From Planctomycetota bacterium (GTDB lineage Bacteria; Planctomycetota; UBA1135): a DNA stretch of 64,000 nt. Where the stretch lies: contig JASFYO010000029.1 in assembly GCA_045047305.1 (NCBI GenBank), positions 32,001-96,000 on the forward strand, in the 5' to 3' direction. Within the stretch, counting starts at the first letter, position 1. Each line of letters begins with the position of its first letter. The translations under genes and the position numbers were made by a program. The notes under the pieces are model-generated. The model was given only the letters and a program-made list of their open reading frames with translations, was not told the DNA's origin and ran no database searches. Of this stretch, positions 19,094 to 29,012 are shown piece after piece.

Positions 19094-22000
19094 ATGCGTT
19101 TTCTCCTACTGCTTGCCTGCCTGACTCTCCTCCCCGCTAGCGGTGGTGGTGAAAACCCCTTCCTGGAAAAGCAGCTTGCAACCGCCACGCGTTTGCTCGA
19201 AGCAGGCAAGGTCGCCGAAGCCAGAGTGCAAATCGAACGAGCGCTGGAACGCGATGACCAACATCTAGGTGCCCTTCGCTTATGGGCTAGCGTTTGCGCC
19301 AAGGCTGGCGACAAAGACACCGCAGCTTATGCATTACATTCTTGGCTCGAAGTGGTGCGCGCCGCAGAAACACCATCCGTTAAGAGAAAAGTAATCAAGG
19401 AAGTCGAAGCGGATTTGCTTCTGATTGATACCGAGGCTAAAAGTTTTCGCAAGTTGACTGATTTATACATCAAGGAGTTATTGAAACTAGAGAAGGAGCA
19501 TGTCAAAAGGGGACGTTTCCATTCCGCGCTTGCGATCCTCGATGAAGTGCTGCACATCGATCCACGGAATGCAGAAGGCTTACGTTTATATAAGGCCATT
19601 CAACGCGAAGGCGGATCCGATATCGCGACAGAAGATATTTACGCCGGCACCGACCCGAGCGCAGGCGTCGACCCGGAATGGATCGCCGAAGAAAATGCCA
19701 AGCATTCTGATTGGAAGAATGCATGGCGTAAAGAAACTGAGTATTACCGCATTCGCACCAACGCCGGTTATATGGTGTTGCAAACTGCCGGCATCGCGAT
19801 GGACCAAATGAGTTTGGCCTACCGCAGATTCTTCCACTACAAAGAAGACGGTGGATCCGTCCCGAAAATCGATGTCTTGGTATTCAAGAACCGAGATGAA
19901 TATCTAACCCTCGGAAGTAGCCCGGTAGAGTGGTCCGCAGGTCAATTTACAGGAAGTGCGGTGGAGACTTACATCGGCGATGCGGAAGGTTCCGACGGGA
20001 TTCGTGGCATGTACAGCACTCTGTTTCACGAAGCAGCGCACCAATATGTTTCTCTCACAGGAAAAGGCGGCGTACCTGGTTGGCTCAACGAAGCTTATGC
20101 CTCCTTCTTTGAAGGCACCACCATTCTGTCTAATGGAACTGTAAGGTGGAACCGAGTCAACAATGGTCGTTTGTTTGCTTTGGCCCCGCGCCTAGAAGCT
20201 GGATGGATGAAAGATTATAACGACGGCATCCGCGACAACGAAGGTGGATGGGGCACTCCAACCAAGGCGCCAAGTTTGCGCATCTTGATTGAGAACCGCT
20301 ACGAATGGGGTCCACCATGGTATGCGCCGACTTGGGGGGTGGTGTACTTCCTCTACAATTACCGCGATCCAGAAACCGGTATTCCGGTGCTACGCGCACC
20401 CTTGCACGAATACTATTTGTCTGGAGCAGGCAGTGTAGGCCCCAGTCGCCGCATTGAACACTTTGAGGAAATTGTTTTATCCGGTGAAAAGTCGCCGGTG
20501 AAGACGGTCGACGAACTCACTGAGATTTGGGCAGAATGGTTGTTAGAGTTGCGCGATCGCCAGCTCGGCAAAGGCGATGCAGAAGCAGACTTGTTGCATT
20601 ACGCAGACTTGGCCATCGAACGCAACGATATCGAACTCGCTCTTTCGCTGCTAGAAGAAGCCATGCTTTACGCACCGGATAACCCTGAAACGCAATGGAG
20701 TCTTGCCAACGTACTCGAGGAGAAAAAGCTGTATGACCGCGCAAGTTCGATGTACCGAACCTTTGCTTCCGAATTAGAGTTACGCGGCTTGGCGGGAGAA
20801 GATTCACGTTATGAGCGTGCGCGCAAATTAATGGAAGAACTGGACCCCTTGTTCCAAAAGCACAAAAAGCTAAAATTCCAACTTGAAACCGACGGCTTGA
20901 AACTCGCGCGATCCTATCGTCAACGTAAAATGCCACGTATGGCGATGGAAATCGCTAGGCGAATGTCGGCCAGCTGGTCGATGCCAGAAGCACTCGCCTT
21001 TTATACCGAAGTAGCCATGGAAAGTGGTATCAGTTTGGCGCGTTGGAGAATCGCCTATAACGAGCTCACACTCGACGGATGGCAACCCAATAAGTATTAC
21101 CGTGCATACGGCAAGATTGTCGACGTCCTGGTCGTCGATGACCCGCTCATCAAAACGCCACCAGGTTCCTTCCAAACCCAAGAGCTCTCCGCCGACGTTT
21201 CCTTCGATGCCGACTACTCCATCGAAACTGAATTTCGCTTCGGGAAGGACCCTAGTTTCATGGGGCTTTGTTTCGGCCGCAAAGATGGTCGCAACACACA
21301 CGCCGTCGGCCTTTATCCCAAGGGTGCGCTCGACGTCGCGACCAAGGCTGGCGGCAATTGGACTACGCGCGATCACCAACAGCTTTCCATCGCACCCGGC
21401 TGGCACAAACTCAAAATCGATGTTGTAACCCAAACCGGCGCCAATGCCGTAGTCGACATTTACTTCGATGACAAGTATCTACGCAGCGTTGAAATGCCGC
21501 GCGATAGTGTGCGTGGAAGTTTTGGCCTCATCACTGGAACCGGAGACGGACACTTCCGCAACATCCGCATTTTGGAGCGCGACCCCCACGATCCAGCGGC
21601 CCGCATTGAACGTGAAATCGCACTGAAGGAACGCTTAAGTGATCCTTCCAGCCGAGCCCCTGGCGTATTCCAGGGCGTGAAACCACCGGACTTCAGCAAG
21701 ATGCACGGCAAATGGCTGCAGGGCGAAGCTATGACTCTACTCGACAATTACGGGCATCCATCGGTCATCGCATTCTGGACCCCCCATCAAGACGAACTGA
21801 TACCAACCACCGATTACTATGATTGGTTAGTCGGTAAATGGAAGGAATTCGGACTCGAGGTCGTGGTGGTCGTCACCAATTCGCACACCGAGAAAGCAGT
21901 GCTGGATTGGCTCAAGGAGCATCCGATGGAACATGTCCGCGTTCTCTATGACCAACGGTTTTTGATTTACCCGGCCTACAACGTGGGCCAGGGTGGCTGG

Positions 22001-22714
22001 GAAATCCCCCGATTGCTGCTAATCGATGTCGATGGCACAGTCGCCTGGGAAGGCGACCCAAACCTTCGTCTGGATGTTGGCTGGGATTTAATGGAGCCAG
22101 AAATCACCCCCCTCGACCAATCCATCGAGGCCTTAGTCAACAAGCGCCAACTACGTGAGCTTGAAAAATTGGGGCCCAGCTACGATGCAGCACTTAGCTT
22201 GTTCGAGAAGGGAGACTTGAAATTAGCCCTGAATAAGCTCACCCCGCTTGCCAATCTCAAGGCCGGCTTCGACATTCGAGTGCAAGATGCACGCGCCTTA
22301 CGCGATGCGATTGAAGGTATCGGCGCCGAACTTCCTTTAGCTGCAGAAGCTGCCGAAGAAGAAGGGCGTCCATTGTTTGCGTTTGCCTTACTCTCTCGCG
22401 CGATCGACGAATTCCCTAAAACCGGAATCGCAGACCTCTCCACATCTAGGCGACGCAAGCTGGAACGTACCACGCAGTACCGTAAGGCCACCAAGGCATG
22501 GAAGTCTCTAGAGTCGGCGGCCAAAGATGCTGGGCGTGGCCGTGATCAAGCGCAGATCATGGCGAACCTCGACAAGGCCTTAGCTGCCAGTGATTGTGCA
22601 GAGGTCCAAGAAGCAGCCGCCAACATGAGAGACGTCCTACTGCAAAGCGGCGCAAGCGCTGTTGCTGCAGTATGGGAAAAAGTCCAGCCCCAAACTTTGG
22701 GACTGGACTTCTAA
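19094..22714 (+). CDS. Large secreted multidomain protein: TPR, gluzincin (DUF1570-like), beta-sandwich, thioredoxin-like fold
   Basis: TLFHEAAHQY...PGWLNEAYASFFE zinc motif; TPRs; beta-sandwich (WHKLKIDV...GSFGL...FRNIRI); Trx-like (VIAFWTP...EIPRLLLIDVDGTVAWEG). Confidence 0.7.
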   Translation: MRFLLLLACLTLLPASGGGENPFLEKQLATATRLLEAGKVAEARVQIERALERDDQHLGALRLWASVCAKAGDKDTAAYALHSWLEVVRAAETPSVKRKVIKEVEADLLLIDTEAKSFRKLTDLYIKELLKLEKEHVKRGRFHSALAILDEVLHIDPRNAEGLRLYKAIQREGGSDIATEDIYAGTDPSAGVDPEWIAEENAKHSDWKNAWRKETEYYRIRTNAGYMVLQTAGIAMDQMSLAYRRFFHYKEDGGSVPKIDVLVFKNRDEYLTLGSSPVEWSAGQFTGSAVETYIGDAEGSDGIRGMYSTLFHEAAHQYVSLTGKGGVPGWLNEAYASFFEGTTILSNGTVRWNRVNNGRLFALAPRLEAGWMKDYNDGIRDNEGGWGTPTKAPSLRILIENRYEWGPPWYAPTWGVVYFLYNYRDPETGIPVLRAPLHEYYLSGAGSVGPSRRIEHFEEIVLSGEKSPVKTVDELTEIWAEWLLELRDRQLGKGDAEADLLHYADLAIERNDIELALSLLEEAMLYAPDNPETQWSLANVLEEKKLYDRASSMYRTFASELELRGLAGEDSRYERARKLMEELDPLFQKHKKLKFQLETDGLKLARSYRQRKMPRMAMEIARRMSASWSMPEALAFYTEVAMESGISLARWRIAYNELTLDGWQPNKYYRAYGKIVDVLVVDDPLIKTPPGSFQTQELSADVSFDADYSIETEFRFGKDPSFMGLCFGRKDGRNTHAVGLYPKGALDVATKAGGNWTTRDHQQLSIAPGWHKLKIDVVTQTGANAVVDIYFDDKYLRSVEMPRDSVRGSFGLITGTGDGHFRNIRILERDPHDPAARIEREIALKERLSDPSSRAPGVFQGVKPPDFSKMHGKWLQGEAMTLLDNYGHPSVIAFWTPHQDELIPTTDYYDWLVGKWKEFGLEVVVVVTNSHTEKAVLDWLKEHPMEHVRVLYDQRFLIYPAYNVGQGGWEIPRLLLIDVDGTVAWEGDPNLRLDVGWDLMEPEITPLDQSIEALVNKRQLRELEKLGPSYDAALSLFEKGDLKLALNKLTPLANLKAGFDIRVQDARALRDAIEGIGAELPLAAEAAEEEGRPLFAFALLSRAIDEFPKTGIADLSTSRRRKLERTTQYRKATKAWKSLESAAKDAGRGRDQAQIMANLDKALAASDCAEVQEAAANMRDVLLQSGASAVAAVWEKVQPQTLGLDF

Positions 22715-22750
22715 GAGCTTCGCCGTGGCGAATCTAAACTTGGCCTTGGT

Positions 22751-24085
22751 TTAAAGCACCTTCAAGGATTGCTCAGTCAAAACGAGCACCTTGTCGACAT
22801 CTCCACTGGTGATAGCCAGATGTGGGCGGAAACGAATGGTGCGCTCGCCACTGCCGAGCCCAAGAAGACCATTGTCGAACATTTCGCTCAACATTTTATC
22901 GCGAGCATCGCCGCTAGGAAGGTCAAAGGCCATCAGTAATCCAACACCACGGACGTTCTCGACCATGTCAAAGGATTCAGCCATTTTGCGCATGTTGTCC
23001 AACCAGTATGCACCTTGGTTCGCGGCGTTGTCGCACAAGTTCTCGTCACGAATGACTTCCAGAACTTTGGTGGCGCGCACCATATCAACCAAGTTGCCAC
23101 CCCAAGTGGAGTTGATGCGACTCGACTTCTCGAAACAGTTATCTGGCACTTCATCCACCTTTGGACCCGCCATGATGCCACACTGCTGTGCCTTCTTGCC
23201 GAAGCAGAAGATGTCTGGAGTGATACCGTAATGCTGGAACATCCATGGCTTGCCGCTCCCGAAGTAACCGGTTTGCACTTCATCCAAAATGAACAAGCAA
23301 TCATACTTTTCACAGCGTGCCTGTAGACCTTGCAGGAACTCGGCGCGGAAGTGACGATCGCCACCCTCACATTGCATAGTTTCAATCAAGATCGCAGCGA
23401 TATCGTCTCCATGCTTATCAAAGCATGCATCAATTACTGCAAAACAATCCTCTTCGGCTGCAATATGCTCGCGTAGGCCATCGCCTTCCAGCGGGAAAGT
23501 GACTGCAGGTGCAAGCACACGTGGCCAATCCTCAAACTTTGGAAAGTAATCAACCTTGTCTGGCAGAGTGTTGGTCAGCGACAAGGTGTATCCAGAGCGA
23601 CCGTGGAATGCTTTTTCAAAGTGCAGGATTTTGGTGCCTACATCAGCATCGACGCCCTTGGCACGATTGCGGCGTACCTTCCAGTCGAAGGCAACCTTCA
23701 TTGCGTTTTCAACAGCAAGCGCTCCGCCATCGATGAAGAACATGTGCTTAAAGCCTTCGGGAGCTGCAACCTCACCCATCCGGGTGACGAAATCGGCCAT
23801 CTCGGTGGTGTAAAGATCAGAGTTCGCTGGGCGATTGGCGATCACGTAATCCAAGCTACGCAACCAAGCCTGATCCATCAAAGCTGGATGATTCCAACCG
23901 ATTGGAGTGGAGCCAAAACAGCCGAAGAAGTCGACAAAGGTTTTGCCACTGCGAGAATCATGCAGTTCAGCGCCCAGGGACTTCTCGAAATCGAGAACGA
24001 GTGGGTAGCCGTCGGCCAGAATCCAGCGGCCGAGAGTCTCGTGAACCTGCTGGGGATCGGTATGAGTTTGTGTGGATGTGGTCAT
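22751..24085 (-). CDS. lat: L-lysine 6-transaminase (class III PLP aminotransferase)
   Basis: FFIDGGALAVENAMKVAFDWK, AFHGRSGYTLSLTNT, DEVQTG, FGKK, SRINSTWGGNLVDMVR. Confidence 0.9.
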   Translation of the reverse strand: MTTSTQTHTDPQQVHETLGRWILADGYPLVLDFEKSLGAELHDSRSGKTFVDFFGCFGSTPIGWNHPALMDQAWLRSLDYVIANRPANSDLYTTEMADFVTRMGEVAAPEGFKHMFFIDGGALAVENAMKVAFDWKVRRNRAKGVDADVGTKILHFEKAFHGRSGYTLSLTNTLPDKVDYFPKFEDWPRVLAPAVTFPLEGDGLREHIAAEEDCFAVIDACFDKHGDDIAAILIETMQCEGGDRHFRAEFLQGLQARCEKYDCLFILDEVQTGYFGSGKPWMFQHYGITPDIFCFGKKAQQCGIMAGPKVDEVPDNCFEKSSRINSTWGGNLVDMVRATKVLEVIRDENLCDNAANQGAYWLDNMRKMAESFDMVENVRGVGLLMAFDLPSGDARDKMLSEMFDNGLLGLGSGERTIRFRPHLAITSGDVDKVLVLTEQSLKVL

Positions 24086-24106
24086 TTCTAAGCAGCTAAG
24101 GGAAAT

Positions 24107-24589
24107 TTAATTCGTTCCGCCCAGCGCAGGGATGGTGCGGCAAAAATCGAGGAACAAATCTTCGTCGGCAGCATTTTCTTCCAAAGTGCCGACCATGAGC
24201 ATAGGTGCTGCGCGCCCAAGGCTCGCAAGCATTTGCCGATTGAGTTTGAGATTGGCAACCAGAGCCGGGTGTCCATCTTCGCCACCAACAATCAAACTGG
24301 CGCCGGCATCGGCAATCCGATGTACGGCGGAAGCGAGCTCACCGAGGGAGCACTCCTCCTGCAGCGGAAGTTTCGAAATCCGCGAGCGAAGAGCAGAAAG
24401 GAAGGCTGTGTTACGTACTTCAGGCACCAAAACTAAGCTGATCACTGGACGCGCGAGCCATGTCTCCATAAGAGCTTCCGCCGCCTGCGCGACCGGAGCT
24501 TCGGCGGCGAGGCAGAACACCTTTTCCCCAGAAGCTTGCAAGGGGGATTCCTGCACAGCCTGGTCGGAAGTAAGGTTAAGGGTATTCAT
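24107..24589 (-). CDS. Hypothetical protein
   Basis: 160 aa ORF with protein-like composition, co-oriented upstream of lat; no recognised motif. Confidence 0.55.
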   Translation of the reverse strand: MNTLNLTSDQAVQESPLQASGEKVFCLAAEAPVAQAAEALMETWLARPVISLVLVPEVRNTAFLSALRSRISKLPLQEECSLGELASAVHRIADAGASLIVGGEDGHPALVANLKLNRQMLASLGRAAPMLMVGTLEENAADEDLFLDFCRTIPALGGTN

Positions 24590-25022
24590 GTCAGAGGAGA
24601 CCTCTCAAGCAGCGCAGTCAGGAAGGTGGGATGCCGAAGAAGCATCGTCTGCTCGCCTGAGTTTGCCACGTATCAGCAGCCTAAGAAAGAAGCGTGACTA
24701 CGCGAGAGTCTACGCCGAGGGCAAACGCGCCCGGGGACGGCTCATTCTAGTCGTTGCGGCTCCAGGATTGAACCCCCTGTCTGCGCGTATGGGACTTTCC
24801 GTGGGGCGCAAATTCAATCCCTCGGCGGTGGTGCGCAATCGAGCACGCCGAGTTTTACGTGATGCATTCCGTCTGCAGCGACGCCAATTGCCCCACCTGG
24901 ACCTCATTCTCATCCCTACAGCTCGTGGCGCGGAGTACAAAACCAATGAGGTTGAGGCCGAGTTACGTCGCCTGAGTAAAAAAATTGCCCGCTGGTTCGA
25001 AGAGGACCAGGCCAAAACTTAG
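24588..25022 (+). CDS. rnpA: Ribonuclease P protein component
   Basis: LRKKRDYARVY..G.R, RMGLSVGRK, AVVRNRARR (RNR motif); followed by yidD; start uncertain (ATG 24588 or TTG about 24663). Confidence 0.88.
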   Translation: MSEETSQAAQSGRWDAEEASSARLSLPRISSLRKKRDYARVYAEGKRARGRLILVVAAPGLNPLSARMGLSVGRKFNPSAVVRNRARRVLRDAFRLQRRQLPHLDLILIPTARGAEYKTNEVEAELRRLSKKIARWFEEDQAKT

Positions 25023-25024
25023 AC

Positions 25025-25255
25025 ATGCGCTACCTCTTTATGGGGCTTATTAAAGCCTATCGCTTCCTTTTGAGTCCGCTTCTGGGCGCCGACAAGTGCA
25101 GGTTTACTCCAAGCTGTTCAGAATACGGACTAGAAGCTCTGCAAATACATGGAAGCATCAAGGGCCTCGGCCTTACAATCTGGAGAATTCTCCGCTGCCA
25201 GCCCCTCTGTCGCGGCGGATTTGACCCGGTTCCCCTTCGAAAACCGAAGCCATGA
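25025..25255 (+). CDS. yidD: Membrane protein insertion efficiency factor YidD
   Basis: CRFTPSCSEY, RILRCQP, GGFDPVP. Confidence 0.95.
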   Translation: MRYLFMGLIKAYRFLLSPLLGADKCRFTPSCSEYGLEALQIHGSIKGLGLTIWRILRCQPLCRGGFDPVPLRKPKP

Positions 25256-26352
25256 TTCTCGGATTCACACTTTCTCTCCTTCTTCAGCATCCGCACGCCC
25301 AACCAGGCCCGGAAATCCAACCTCTTCCAGCCAAGCAAGACATTGCGATTCCAATGCGAGAAGACTTGCGCTACGACGGCGAGGTTCATTTCGGTGCCAT
25401 GCGCCGCTTGACCACCTTGGGCGAAAATGCAGAGGGCTACTTCAGCAATGGCGGACGTCATATCACCTACCAAGCCACATTCGGCGGACGTGATTGTGAC
25501 CAAATTTTTGAACTGGATTTACTCAGTGGCGCGCGTCGCTTGATCAGCACTGGAACTGGAAGAACAACTTGCAGTTTTTACATGCCCGGAGACCGGCGTA
25601 TTTTGTTTGCCAGCACGCATGCATCAGCAGACGACTGCTTACCGCCAGCTGACTTTTCACGCGGTTATGTGTGGAAGATTTATCCGCAGTACGAATTGTA
25701 CATTCGCGATCTGGATACCTGGGAACTAAAGCCATTGGCCCCCGCTCCGGGCTACGATGCGGAAGCCGTAGTCAGTCCAGACGGAGAGAAGATCGTTTTC
25801 ACTTCGCGACGCAATGGTGATCTTGATATTTACATCATGAATATTGACGGTTCAGACATAACTCAACTCACTGACCGTTTGGGTTATGACGGCGGCCCCT
25901 TCTTCTCACCGGATTCCAAACGTTTGGTTTACCGTTCCTACTACCCAGAAGATGAAGAAGCCAAAGCCAAGTATCAGGCCTTACTCGACGACAATTCCAT
26001 TGAACCGATGGCTTTGCAGCTTTGGGTCATGGATATCGACGGAAGCAATAAGCGCCAGATTACGGACAACGGAGCCGCAAACTTCGGACCGTACTGGCAT
26101 CCAGACAATAAGCACATCATTTACTGCTCGAACCAAGCATCGGAAAGTGGTCGTGATTTTGACATTTTCCTGACCGACGATGAAGGTAAAACGGATGAAC
26201 GCATCACCTACGGCCCAACCTTTGATGGCTTCCCGATGTTCTCTGAAGATGGCCGTCAGCTGATTTTCGCGAGTAACCGCGCCAACGCGAAACGCGGAGA
26301 CACCAACCTGTTCTTGGTGGAGTGGCTGCCAGACGCCCGTCCGGTGGAATAA
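25252..26352 (+). CDS. TolB-like PD40 beta-propeller protein, secreted
   Basis: Repeated SPDG..IVFTS.R.G..DIY.M..DG....QLT; YDGGPFFSPD; FDGFPMFS. Confidence 0.85.
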   Translation: MILGFTLSLLLQHPHAQPGPEIQPLPAKQDIAIPMREDLRYDGEVHFGAMRRLTTLGENAEGYFSNGGRHITYQATFGGRDCDQIFELDLLSGARRLISTGTGRTTCSFYMPGDRRILFASTHASADDCLPPADFSRGYVWKIYPQYELYIRDLDTWELKPLAPAPGYDAEAVVSPDGEKIVFTSRRNGDLDIYIMNIDGSDITQLTDRLGYDGGPFFSPDSKRLVYRSYYPEDEEAKAKYQALLDDNSIEPMALQLWVMDIDGSNKRQITDNGAANFGPYWHPDNKHIIYCSNQASESGRDFDIFLTDDEGKTDERITYGPTFDGFPMFSEDGRQLIFASNRANAKRGDTNLFLVEWLPDARPVE

Positions 26353-26376
26353 GCAAACCCAACCGCAATTCCTTTC

Positions 26377-26408
26377 AAGGTCAGACTCGTTTCGAGTCTG
26401 ACCTTTTC
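26377..26408. terminator. Terminator hairpin between convergent PD40 gene and trpS
   Basis: 13-bp perfect stem AAGGTCAGACTCG / CGAGTCTGACCTT with T-tail on + strand. Confidence 0.8.
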
Positions 26409-26473
26409 AATTCACGGCGTCCGCTTCGAAGGATTTCCAAGAGCAGTCCAAAAATCCCATGAAGACGCCCACC

Positions 26474-27457
26474 CTAGCGCAAGCCACAAGCCTGAAGTGC
26501 ACGATCGCGAACTTCTTGGGCGCGTCTGCGAGCCTTCTTAGCACCAGCCCGAAGAACCTCTTCGACTCTCTCTGGATGCGCGAGATATTCTTCACGCCGG
26601 GCACGCGCAGGAGCAAAGTAATCTTCCATCGCATCTTTCAGACGCATTTTGAGGTGGCCATAACCAGGTGCACCTTCGCCACCAGCTTGTACTTTCTGCT
26701 GCCACCCGGTCATCTCCTCACCCGACAGGAACAATGCAAGCAGATCAAAAACGAATAGCTCCGAAGGATCTTTGGGGTCTTCGGGTGGGCGCGAATCGGT
26801 TACGATTTTGCCACATAACTTTTTGAGTTTTTTACCCTCCTCAAATATCCAAATATCGTTGCCATAACTCTTGGACATCTTTTGCCCATCAAGCCCTGGC
26901 ACTTTCTGCATGGTCTCCGTCTTTTGCAGACGCATTTCTGGGCGCTGAAAAACATCGCCGTACGCGCCATTGAAGTAGCCCGCCATATCCTGCGTCATTT
27001 CAACGTGCTGCACTTGGTCCTTGCCAACCGGAACCAAGGTGGAATCGTAGGCAAGGATATCGGCGGCCATAAGAATGGGGTAAGTGAACAGGCCGACACT
27101 CGGCTTAATGTCGTTATTAACCTTATCTTTGTAGGAATGCGCACGCTCGAGTAAACCCATGCCGGTGACCGTGGCTAATAACCAGGCAATCTCGGTGACT
27201 TCTGGAACATCGCTTTGACGAAACAGCACCGACTTTTCAGGGTCCAAACCACAAGCCAAATAGGTAACCGCCGTTTCCCAAACCAACTCGCGCATTTTTA
27301 CTGGATCGCGCTGCGAAGTTAAGGCGTGGTAATCCGCAATAAAATAAAAGTGTTCACCCGCTTCTTCTTGCAAAGCAATGTGTTGATGGATTGCACCAAA
27401 GTAGTTGCCGATATGCAACAAACCACTTGGCTGAATCCCGCTAAGAATCGTAGTCAT
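26474..27457 (-). CDS. trpS: Tryptophan--tRNA ligase
   Basis: SGIQPSG.LHIGNY, YPILMAADIL, VPVGKDQ, KMSKS. Confidence 0.97.
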   Translation of the reverse strand: MTTILSGIQPSGLLHIGNYFGAIHQHIALQEEAGEHFYFIADYHALTSQRDPVKMRELVWETAVTYLACGLDPEKSVLFRQSDVPEVTEIAWLLATVTGMGLLERAHSYKDKVNNDIKPSVGLFTYPILMAADILAYDSTLVPVGKDQVQHVEMTQDMAGYFNGAYGDVFQRPEMRLQKTETMQKVPGLDGQKMSKSYGNDIWIFEEGKKLKKLCGKIVTDSRPPEDPKDPSELFVFDLLALFLSGEEMTGWQQKVQAGGEGAPGYGHLKMRLKDAMEDYFAPARARREEYLAHPERVEEVLRAGAKKARRRAQEVRDRALQACGLR

Positions 27458-27466
27458 GAATCCAGC

Positions 27467-27877
27467 CTACTTCCAAATAAAGGTGATTGGTTTTTCGATT
27501 TCTGGGTGCAAGCTTTGATGCACCGGACACGTTGCTGCTGCTTTTTCCAATAAGGACTTATGTTTCTCCTCCACTCTGCAGTGCATGGTCACAACCACAG
27601 GCAAAGCGCCAATCCGACGCACTGGATCCGCCACCATGTGCTTCTCAACTTTGATGGTGCTGCCCTCCAAAGCGATTCCATGGCGCTCAGAAACGATGCC
27701 GAGAATGGTCAAGATGCAACCGCCTAAAGCCGTCGCAACCAAATCAGTCGGCGAGAAGGACTCCCCCTTACCGCAGTTGTCCAGCGGCGCATCAGTCACA
27801 ACCTGCACTCCACTCGGTCCATGAGTGGCCTGACAGCGCAACTCACCTTGGTAAACAACATCGATTTCAACGGCCAT
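27467..27877 (-). CDS. OsmC/Ohr family protein
   Basis: TDAP.DN.GKGESFSPTDL..ALGGC and CPVHQSL. Confidence 0.9.
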   Translation of the reverse strand: MAVEIDVVYQGELRCQATHGPSGVQVVTDAPLDNCGKGESFSPTDLVATALGGCILTILGIVSERHGIALEGSTIKVEKHMVADPVRRIGALPVVVTMHCRVEEKHKSLLEKAAATCPVHQSLHPEIEKPITFIWK

Positions 27878-27942
27878 GCCGCTATTTTAGGGCAGAGATG
27901 AGGCTAGGCAAAATACATGGCTCCCCCTGCTAGGATAGGTCC

Positions 27943-29004
27943 ATGTCATACCTAGCATTTCTGCTCCTCACGCTTACTCAAGGCCCATCCACGCACCCCC
28001 CGGGAAACTTGATTATCTTGGAGAAATCGGCCGCAACTGCGCGTTTGGTAGACGCAGCGCATGGCAAATCCATGGCCTCCATCAAAGTGGGTGACGGCCC
28101 GCACGAAGTTGCGATATCACCTGATTTCCACACTGCGGTGGTGGCTAATTATGGAGGCAAAAATCCCGGTAGAAGCCTCACCCTGATTCATCTCAATGAA
28201 ATGGGGAAGCCTAAGACTCGCCATATCGATTTAGGGCAAGCGATGCGACCTCACGGCCTGGCCTTTGGGCCGAGCAATCGTTTTCTCTGGGTTACCGCAG
28301 AGGTCACTGGAGAGCTGTGGCGTATCGACCTTAAAGACGGAAAAGTCATAAAAAAGATCGACGTCGGCAAAGGGTCCGGGCATATGGTCGCTGCAATGGA
28401 TGACAAACATGTTTTCGTCAGTCATATTTCTGCCGGTTGCATTACCCCAGTCACCCAACAAGAAGACGGCAGCTGGAAAGCCGGAGAACGCATTCCGACG
28501 GGTGCGGGCGCGGAAGGGATTTGGGTGCAGCCAGGAACCGATTTGATCTGGGTGACCAATCGGGCAGCAGATAGCGTCAGCATTGTCGACGCTAGTGAAG
28601 GCAAAGAGATCGCAGAGCTACCCTGCGCAGGCTTCCCGATTCGGGTTATGTTCTCTGCCGATGGTTCCGTCGCTGCTGTGAGTTGTGCAGATGCCAATGT
28701 CATTGCCCTGTTCGACACCACCACGAAAGAACAAATCGCCCGAATTCCGATTGGTTTCAGCAGCAAGGATGATTCCGATACCCGCCTATTCAAAGATCAA
28801 TTCGGCGAAAGTGCGGTTCCGATTGGCATGGTGTTCGGGGGCCATGGAAACCACCTTTATGTATCCTGCGCTGGCGCCGATCGCATTGCCGATATTGACA
28901 TCCGCCTCCAGCGCGTAGTACAAGTCTTTAAAACAGGTAAGGAACCGGATGGCATTGGCTGGTATCCTGCCGCACCGCCCCAAACTACAGAGGTCGGGTA
29001 CTAA
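27943..29004 (+). CDS. YncE/YVTN-type beta-propeller protein, secreted
   Basis: Repeats VGDGPHEVAISPD, TGAGAEGI, VTNRAADSVSIVD, TGKEPDGI. Confidence 0.8.
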   Translation: MSYLAFLLLTLTQGPSTHPPGNLIILEKSAATARLVDAAHGKSMASIKVGDGPHEVAISPDFHTAVVANYGGKNPGRSLTLIHLNEMGKPKTRHIDLGQAMRPHGLAFGPSNRFLWVTAEVTGELWRIDLKDGKVIKKIDVGKGSGHMVAAMDDKHVFVSHISAGCITPVTQQEDGSWKAGERIPTGAGAEGIWVQPGTDLIWVTNRAADSVSIVDASEGKEIAELPCAGFPIRVMFSADGSVAAVSCADANVIALFDTTTKEQIARIPIGFSSKDDSDTRLFKDQFGESAVPIGMVFGGHGNHLYVSCAGADRIADIDIRLQRVVQVFKTGKEPDGIGWYPAAPPQTTEVGY

Positions 29005-29012
29005 ACGCATTC

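Noticed and set aside
24132..24587. 296-aa ORF suggesting an N-terminally extended RnpA
   Set aside because: The extension is the antisense shadow of the 24107-24589 ORF; RnpA similarity begins only after about 24650
24631..24660. Mini-ORF MPKKHRLLA* with an SD-like sequence, resembling an RnpA N-terminus (possible frameshift)
   Set aside because: The main frame already contains the equivalent segment (LPRISSLRKKRDY), so no frameshift is needed; likely coincidence
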